Positions 8,887 through 14,472 of a stretch of 64,000 nt of DNA are shown piece by piece. Positions within the stretch are counted from its first letter, which is position 1. Each line of letters opens with the position of its first letter. Both the position numbers and the translations under genes were made by a program. The DNA lies in NCBI GenBank assembly GCA_051649025.1, contig JBOFGH010000003.1, forward strand, positions 4,261 through 68,260. The letters are read 5' to 3'. A model generated the notes under the pieces. That model ran no database searches. It was not told where the DNA came from and saw nothing but the letters and a program-made list of their open reading frames with translations. The DNA comes from Eubacteriaceae bacterium. Lineage in GTDB: Bacteria; Bacillota; Clostridia; Eubacteriales; Eubacteriaceae.

Positions 8887-9345
8887 TTGTATTTCAAGCT
8901 GTTTTTATTTTGGAACCGAACGGGGTTTAAGGAGAAATTTAAGATCGATAACAACAAACTAATGTCAATGATTGGATGCCACTCGGTTAATACGGCCATA
9001 AAAATTAGGGATGAGCTTGTAAAAAACAACTTAATTTATTATGAAAAAGGGAAGAAAGGCATCCCCAATAATTACATTATTTTAATAAAAAATCTAGAAG
9101 ATGAAACCACAAAATACCCTTCAAAATTTGAACTAAAAGAAAGGGAATTCAGTTCAAAATTTGACATGAAACCTGAACTAAAAACCCCCATAAACAGTTC
9201 AAAATTTGACACGAAAACTGCTAACATATATAAACATAAACAAATAAACAATAAACATATAAAAACGGATGAGGAAAAACGAAGAGATAAAGCCTATGAA
9301 GATTTAGAAATTACCTGTGCTGAAAATCCATGGGAAAACTTATAG
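8887..9345 (+). CDS. putative replication initiator/organizer (winged-helix), contains internal iterons
   Basis: The reading frame is open from 8791, and AAAGGAGG at 8791-8798 suggests a start upstream of the track start. The N-terminal region resembles DnaD/phage replisome-organizer wHTH domains. A three-fold SKFD/SKFE peptide repeat is encoded by a DNA iteron (9120-9211). Confidence 0.4.
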   Translation: MYFKLFLFWNRTGFKEKFKIDNNKLMSMIGCHSVNTAIKIRDELVKNNLIYYEKGKKGIPNNYIILIKNLEDETTKYPSKFELKEREFSSKFDMKPELKTPINSSKFDTKTANIYKHKQINNKHIKTDEEKRRDKAYEDLEITCAENPWENL

Positions 9346-9361
9346 ATAAAGGAAAAAGAAA

Positions 9362-9670
9362 ATGGAAACAAACATAAGATTAACTCAATTAATGGACACA
9401 CTCATGAGTGAAACGGATCACCTAAAAATAATTCAGGATGGCATTAAGGGAATTAAAGAAAAGATCATCTTGGAAATGGATGAACAAAAGCTAGATAAAA
9501 TCATTTATGAGGGCATGAAATTTGGGATTGTGGATCAAAGCCAAACCGCTTGTATTGATATCACACAAATTAAAAAAGAAAGTCCTGTGACCTATGCGGA
9601 TTTACTGCATCGGTTTATAAAAATTAAAACCATTAAACGGTATTTACGGATATCGAAAGAAAAGGAGTAG
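9362..9670 (+). CDS. hypothetical protein (element-encoded)
   Basis: 102-aa ORF with a GGAAAAAG purine-rich RBS region, tightly packed in the + strand operon. Confidence 0.5.
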   Translation: METNIRLTQLMDTLMSETDHLKIIQDGIKGIKEKIILEMDEQKLDKIIYEGMKFGIVDQSQTACIDITQIKKESPVTYADLLHRFIKIKTIKRYLRISKEKE

Positions 9671-9676
9671 CGGAAA

Positions 9677-10105
9677 ATGGAAACAATCAAAATAATCATC
9701 CCGGGAAAACCACAGGGTAAAGACCGCCCGCGCTTTGGAAAAAATAATCAGGTGTACACCACAAGAAAAACATCGGACTATGAAAAATATGTAAAAGCCT
9801 GCGCACTCATCGTTCACCCCCAATTAAGCGCATTGTCTAACACGGTTTTTTCTGGTGAAATTGCCATTTGCATCAAAGCGTTTTATGAAATACCAAAGAC
9901 AATAACACGCCGTGGACGTTTAGAAATTGATCAAGGAAAACGCCCCACAAGCAAACCTGACGTTGATAATGTGGCTAAAATAATTTGTGATGCTCTAAAT
10001 GGCACGGCCTACATGGATGATCAGCAAATTTGTTTGATGACGATTGAAAAACAATATAGCGACACCCCACGGGTGGAAGTCACCCTTATTTATTCTGGGG
10101 AATGA
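9677..10105 (+). CDS. rusA: RusA-family Holliday junction resolvase
   Basis: 142-aa ORF with PGKPQGKDRPRF and KPDVDNVAKIICDALNG..YMDDQQI, which are characteristic RusA motifs. Confidence 0.85.
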   Translation: METIKIIIPGKPQGKDRPRFGKNNQVYTTRKTSDYEKYVKACALIVHPQLSALSNTVFSGEIAICIKAFYEIPKTITRRGRLEIDQGKRPTSKPDVDNVAKIICDALNGTAYMDDQQICLMTIEKQYSDTPRVEVTLIYSGE

Positions 10106-10341
10106 AAAAAGACTTTGGGATTAAAAAACAGACCTTTAATTTAAATCATTGGCGGGGAAATGACCGAAGTAAAGGGATTTTACTGGAATCTGAAGTTTAT
10201 GAAAATTTAAAATATGTCATCAAGGAAGATAGCTTAATCATTATTTCTGGGGAGCATGGGATCTTTTGTTTGGATCTCATTGCATGTCAGCAGATGGGAA
10301 ATGAAATTGCTGAGATCGCGGCTTTGTATAGCCAGGACTAG
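10102..10341 (+). CDS. hypothetical protein (element-encoded)
   Basis: 79-aa ORF. Its start overlaps the rusA stop (ATGA), suggesting translational coupling. Confidence 0.5.
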   Translation: MKKDFGIKKQTFNLNHWRGNDRSKGILLESEVYENLKYVIKEDSLIIISGEHGIFCLDLIACQQMGNEIAEIAALYSQD

Positions 10342-10400
10342 GGAAACCACTTTTGTTTTTTTGTATGCTACAATGTAAAAAAAACGAAAGGAGAAACAAC

Positions 10401-10619
10401 ATGGCTGTTACAAGTGAAAATTTATTTACTAAAATGATCGTTTCTTATCATCATGGCGTTGTTGACGGCAAGGATAAAATGTCGGATAAAACATACAGCA
10501 ATATTAAAACAACCGCAACCGATGAAGCGGTTTATAATCTTGCCATTGCGATTGATGAAATTACAGTGCCGACCCTTGTCGAGGTGAAACGTCAAGTCTC
10601 TACGTTGCTAATTCCCTAG
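10401..10619 (+). CDS. small DUF1659-like protein
   Basis: The ATG at 10401 is preceded by AAAGGAGA. The 72-aa product (..GKDKMSDKTYSNIKTTATDEAVYNLAIAIDEI..) resembles the DUF1659 family, which is usually paired with DUF2922. This is recognition from memory, not searched. Confidence 0.55.
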   Translation: MAVTSENLFTKMIVSYHHGVVDGKDKMSDKTYSNIKTTATDEAVYNLAIAIDEITVPTLVEVKRQVSTLLIP

Positions 10620-10652
10620 TCATTCTCAAAAAAAAAGAAAGGAGAACAGGAA

Positions 10653-10883
10653 ATGCCAACTTATAAATTACAAATGATTTTTGAAGTCGCGGATGGTAAA
10701 AGTTTTTGCATGACAATACCAGATGTTAATGTGGATTTAAATGAAACTCAAGCGGTTGCTTGTGCGAATGCAATTCTTGCCAGTGGCGTCATTGAAATAC
10801 GTGGTGAAAATCTGACTAAATTATTGGATGTTAAGAAAATTGTTCAAACTGTTGATGATTTTTATACGCCGCCTAAAGCATAA
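10653..10883 (+). CDS. small DUF2922-like protein
   Basis: 76-aa ORF with an AAAGGAGA RBS. The pattern (KLQMIFEVADGKSF.MTIPDV..DL.E..) resembles DUF2922. It lies next to the DUF1659-like gene. Confidence 0.55.
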   Translation: MPTYKLQMIFEVADGKSFCMTIPDVNVDLNETQAVACANAILASGVIEIRGENLTKLLDVKKIVQTVDDFYTPPKA

Positions 10884-10890
10884 AAAAAGA

Positions 10891-10914
10891 AAGCCGTCAT
10901 TGACGGTTTTTTTT
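10891..10914 (+). terminator. intrinsic terminator
   Basis: CCGTC-ATT-GACGG hairpin followed by T8. Confidence 0.55.
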
Positions 10915-10947
10915 ATAAAAAGAATGATAAAAATGAAAGGAAAACAA

Positions 10948-11364
10948 ATGGCACGTTCTATTTTTTTAACGGGGGTTGCAACGATGGGTGTCTTTTTTTT
11001 AAAGGCTTTTGGTGGTTGGGATACGGCTCTACAGACCTTAGTTTTTTTTATGGCAGGGGATTATTTTTCTGGCATTCTGGTGGCTGGGGTCTTTAAGAAC
11101 AGTCCTAAAACAAGCCTTGGGGCATTATCAAGTGGGACAGCGTTTCAAGGGCTTCTTAGAAAAGGGATGGTGCTGTTTGTGGTATTAATTGCGTGTCAAT
11201 TAGATGGGGTCATGGGAACGGATATTTTAAGGGATGCAACCATTTTGGCTTATTGTGGGAATGAGGCATTGAGTATTACTGAAAATGTTGGTCTCATGGG
11301 TGTGCCGCTGCCGAATGTCATTAAAAAAGCGGTTGAAATTTTAAAGGAAAAAGAGGAAAAATAA
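10948..11364 (+). CDS. phage holin (holin_4/TcdE-like family)
   Basis: The ATG at 10948 follows GAAAGGA. The 138-aa product has 3-4 TM segments (GDYFSGILVAG, GNEALSITENVGLMGVPLP), typical of the toxin-secretion/phage-lysis holin family. It is immediately upstream of the endolysin. Confidence 0.75.
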   Translation: MARSIFLTGVATMGVFFLKAFGGWDTALQTLVFFMAGDYFSGILVAGVFKNSPKTSLGALSSGTAFQGLLRKGMVLFVVLIACQLDGVMGTDILRDATILAYCGNEALSITENVGLMGVPLPNVIKKAVEILKEKEEK

Positions 11365-11365
11365 G

Positions 11366-11908
11366 ATGGAATATATAAAGTGGATACAGGAAGCATTAAA
11401 TAAACAGGGGCATCTATTAGAGGTGGATGGCATTTTTGGGGAAGAAACAAAAAGGGCTTTAATGATTTTCCAAGGGAGTAGAAAACTTGAAGAGGATGGC
11501 ATTTGTGGGGAAAAAACCCATAACGCATTATTATTGGCCTTAAATAATGTGATGGTGAATCCTCTAAAAGAATTAAAATATTTTACAGCGGATGAATTTA
11601 AATGTGAGTGTGGTTGTGGTGGGGATATTCGTCAAGAATTAAAAGAAAAAATGGACATTGCAAGGGAGAAATTAGGGATTCCACTGGTGATTACCTCGGG
11701 GTATCGTTGTATCAATCAGAATAATCGTGATGGGGGTGTGAGGGATTCTTTGCACATGCGTGGAAGTGCCGTGGATTGTTATGGCATTGGAAAATCCGTT
11801 GATGAAGTTTATAGGGTTCTTAAACAAGTGGGTTTAGGGGTTGGGCGTTATGATCAGTCGGGTTTTTGCCATGCCCAGCTTGAAAATTGGGATTTTGTTG
11901 GGGATTAA
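11366..11908 (+). CDS. endolysin: peptidoglycan-binding domain + M15-family D-Ala-D-Ala peptidase domain
   Basis: 180-aa ORF with an N-terminal PG_binding_1-like repeat (VDGIFGEETKRAL..EDGICGEKTHNAL) and a C-terminal SGYRC..N...GG...SLHMRGSAVD metal-binding pattern of the peptidase M15 type. Confidence 0.8.
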   Translation: MEYIKWIQEALNKQGHLLEVDGIFGEETKRALMIFQGSRKLEEDGICGEKTHNALLLALNNVMVNPLKELKYFTADEFKCECGCGGDIRQELKEKMDIAREKLGIPLVITSGYRCINQNNRDGGVRDSLHMRGSAVDCYGIGKSVDEVYRVLKQVGLGVGRYDQSGFCHAQLENWDFVGD

Positions 11909-11993
11909 AAATCTTGCAAAATTTATAAAAAGGTGTATAATAAAGAAATGAAGGGTGACCCCGTTGACGGTTTGCCCCGTTAGTCGCTTAAAA

Positions 11994-12031
11994 TTAGCCG
12001 TTACTGTTGAGGGCAGCGGCTAATTTTTTTT
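11994..12031 (+). terminator. intrinsic terminator after the lysis genes
   Basis: TTAGCCG...CGGCTAA stem followed by T8. Confidence 0.65.
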
Positions 12032-12149
12032 ATGTGCTTCGTGATTCCATAAGAGTAGGAGAAGCAGCAGGCAAAGCCATATTATAAAATATCGCATAAG
12101 CCCCACCTCATCTCTGAGGCAAAATTAACCACCGAAGGGGGTCACCCAT

Positions 12150-12700
12150 TTCGGTAGTATAACACGGTTTGTAAGAAAAGAATAGTGATATTTAACCGCC
12201 ACCGCTTTAAAAAGCCGTGGCTTTTTTTGTTGGAGAAGTAAAGAAAGGGGTTTAAGCATCGGGGATTAAAAAAAAGAGTGGGTTCCCTTTAGGTATTTTT
12301 AAGGGTTTGTAAGTTTTAAAAATCCATGAAAAATCCCTAAAGAGAATCCTCAAAACCATTCTTATTGGGGGAAGTGTCCCGCCCTTGCTTGTCAAATCCT
12401 TGGTGCGCACACCAAAGCTATTTGCCAAACTTTCCCACCCTACAAAGGTGGATTTCGGGCCTTTTTATAAAGAAAGGGGTTTAAGCACCAGGGATTAAAA
12501 AAAGATCCAGGGTAAACTTTGCGCCTTGCGCCCTTGATCTTTCTTTTTTTCCATGATCTTTTTTATTTTGCCGAGGAACTCAAGGATAAAATAAAACTTG
12601 TTTTTCCCTCGGCTTTTTTAGTTTATCATGGAAAAACATCCCTTTACTTTGGCTAGCCACGTGGTTTTATGGTTGCCTCAGAATCTTAGGATAGAGGAAA
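12150..12700 (+). repeat. left arm of diverged inverted non-coding module
   Basis: Colinear anchors match the reverse complement of 13460..14165. One is a 36-nt perfect match (12195-12230 vs 14089-14124). The others are hairpin 12504-12539 vs 13625-13667, 12565-12585 vs 13583-13603, and 12670-12697 vs 13468-13492. Confidence 0.7.
12195..12230 (+). terminator. intrinsic terminator inside left arm
   Basis: CCACCGC-TTTAAAAA-GCCGTGG hairpin (one mismatch) followed by CT7. Confidence 0.5.
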
Positions 12701-12728
12701 AAAGCCTTGTAAGACTTTTTAAAGATCA

Positions 12729-13004
12729 TCAAATATAATCCCACCAGGTCACATTCTTTATTTTTCTTAAAATCGTTTTCACATCATCATTTTCATAAAC
12801 ATCAATAAAAATATGGTAAAATTTGAGATACCGCTCATACCGCCAAAAATTATAAGCACTGATTTCCCAATACTCCCCATCCTCTCTATAAACCGCATGA
12901 TCTTCAAATCCTGTATTTAAAAATAAAATTTCAGGAGCATAATCATTGCCATTAAAAAATTGATGCAATTCCTTACACTTATTACCATCCACTAAGCACC
13001 GCAT
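12729..13004 (-). CDS. hypothetical 91-aa protein (cassette gene 2)
   Basis: ATG preceded by AAGGTGG. The product is acidic and rich in aromatic residues, with no family recognised. Confidence 0.55.
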   Translation of the reverse strand: MRCLVDGNKCKELHQFFNGNDYAPEILFLNTGFEDHAVYREDGEYWEISAYNFWRYERYLKFYHIFIDVYENDDVKTILRKIKNVTWWDYI

Positions 13005-13049
13005 TTTCTACCACCTTTTTTTAAAAAGGGAGGTTAATCCTCCCATCTT

Positions 13050-13331
13050 TTAATTTATTTGTTTTAATTGATAAAATTTTGTATTTTTATAAATAAAATA
13101 GATTACCTTTTCATCTACCATAATTTCTTTATTAACTGCCTTACCTAATAAAAAAATCCCTTCATAGATATGTATATCTTGATGATTCGCGGTATTAATA
13201 CACGTCCTTATCTCACCGTTTAATCCCTCTAACATTTTTCGTTTCTTCGCGAATTTTACCAAAGCTTTTATATAATTTTTAACTTCTTCATTGCCAGCCA
13301 CTTCATTCATTTCTAATTCGTTGTTATGCAT
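13050..13331 (-). CDS. hypothetical 93-aa protein (cassette gene 1)
   Basis: ATG preceded by GAGGAGGG, lying directly downstream of a consensus promoter. No family recognised. Confidence 0.6.
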   Translation of the reverse strand: MHNNELEMNEVAGNEEVKNYIKALVKFAKKRKMLEGLNGEIRTCINTANHQDIHIYEGIFLLGKAVNKEIMVDEKVIYFIYKNTKFYQLKQIN

Positions 13332-13376
13332 TTTTTAGCCCTCCTCAGCTTTTTGCCTGTATTATTTTATATTCTC

Positions 13377-13405
13377 ATTTTATCACATTAAGTGATACTT
13401 GTCAA
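13377..13405 (-). promoter_or_regulatory. consensus sigma-70-type promoter with embedded operator ATCAC-N5-GTGAT
   Basis: On the minus strand, TTGACA (13405-13400), a 17-nt spacer and TAAAAT (13382-13377). The spacer and -10 region contain ATCACATTAAGTGAT (13382-13396), the same motif as in the 8170-8256 switch region. Confidence 0.65.
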
Positions 13406-13459
13406 CTAATATTTTTCACAATTGGTTACATTTTATTTCTTCATATCTCACATCTAATG

Positions 13460-14165
13460 CCCTACCACTCTCCCAAGATTCCGAGGCAATCATAAACCCT
13501 TATTTTTAAACCAACCCAAACCAATGGTTTTTCATGTTAAACTGTCACAACTGAAGAACAAGAAAAAGAGTTTATTTTTTTCTCCCTGAGTTCTTCGGCA
13601 AAATAAGTAAAACATGAAAAAAAACCACCGTCAAGGGCGAGAAGCGTTCATATACCCTTGACGGTGGTTTAATTGGTGGTGAAAGAACGTCTATCTTTAG
13701 TTTCTAAACTTTACGGTAACAAACCTCTGTCGGGTGGGCTGTTTTTCTGGAGTGCCCCACCGCCATGGCGCATTAGGCGGTGTGCGGTGGGGGTGGTGGA
13801 GCCACTGCCTTTTGCAGTCATGGCGGTGGGGCGCGGATGGAAAACAGTGGGTGGGTACACTTACCTCTGTGCGTTAAAATGGATCAGGAAAACTGAAAGT
13901 TTTTTTCCATGAGCAAAGCCTCCAACCCCTTGAGGTTTTAAAATGGCCTCTGCCGTTTCAGAAACAAATAAACGGAGGCTTCTGTGTTTTGTGTAGGATA
14001 AGGCAGTGGACATTTTAAAAGACCGAGCCTAGAAGATCAGGGCACTTGCGAAGCAAGTGGCAACCCTCTTATCTTCCTATAGATTACCACAAAAAAAGCC
14101 ACGGCTTTTTAAAGCGGTGGCGGTGAAATATGGCTATTGTTTTGTAACCGATACGTAACCGATGG
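13460..14165 (-). repeat. right arm of diverged inverted non-coding module (contains a G-rich structured island)
   Basis: See the left arm for the anchors. This arm is about 150 nt longer between anchors A and C because of a GC-rich insert (about 13725-14065). Confidence 0.7.
14089..14124 (-). terminator. intrinsic terminator inside right arm (minus strand)
   Basis: It is the exact reverse complement of 12195-12230. Confidence 0.5.
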
Positions 14166-14257
14166 ATATAGAATAGTCTTGTTTTTTCTTGCTTTTTCAA
14201 ATGCTAGAATGGCTTTAAATAGGCGTTTTAGAACAGGAATAATCATGAAAACAAATC

Positions 14258-14361
14258 GGTAGGGGTCGCTGGTTCAAGTCCAGTTGAGATCACCATAAAT
14301 AGCATTACAGAGCCGTTTCTTTAATAGGGAACGGCTTTATTTTATCCTCGGTAACCGATAG
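14258..14361 (+). repeat. attR: right copy of the perfect 104-bp direct repeat (tRNA-Val 3' fragment + terminator)
   Basis: It is identical to 6500..6603 and lacks the tRNA 5' half. Confidence 0.85.
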
Positions 14362-14395
14362 ATTTGGTTTTATCTTTCTCTATTCTACTATAAAA

Positions 14396-14446
14396 AATAA
14401 AAATCCCTATTATTACTTAGAAACGCAAGTAATAATAGGGATTTTT
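14396..14446 (-). terminator. intrinsic terminator of the NRPS gene (bidirectional-looking)
   Basis: 16-bp stem ATCCCTATTATTACTT/AAGTAATAATAGGGAT flanked by A- and T-runs, 27 nt downstream of the NRPS stop. Confidence 0.75.
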
Positions 14447-14472
14447 GATATTGACAACTATTTTTTACATAA

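Larger units (their letters stand above)
6500..14361. mobile_element. tRNA-Val-integrated prophage-like/satellite-like element (about 7.9 kb)
   Basis: It is bounded by the 104-bp direct repeats. It contains a tyrosine integrase next to the tRNA, a divergent XRE repressor/Cro pair with operators, a Xis-like HTH, a replication gene with iterons, RusA, holin and endolysin. No capsid, tail or terminase ORFs are present. Confidence 0.75.

Noticed and set aside
13673-13912. 79-aa + strand ORF in the GC-rich island
   Set aside because: It starts at TTG with no RBS, and its product is low-complexity and rich in G, W, P and R. It lies in a region dominated by strong hairpins. I treat it as an artefact of G-rich non-coding sequence.
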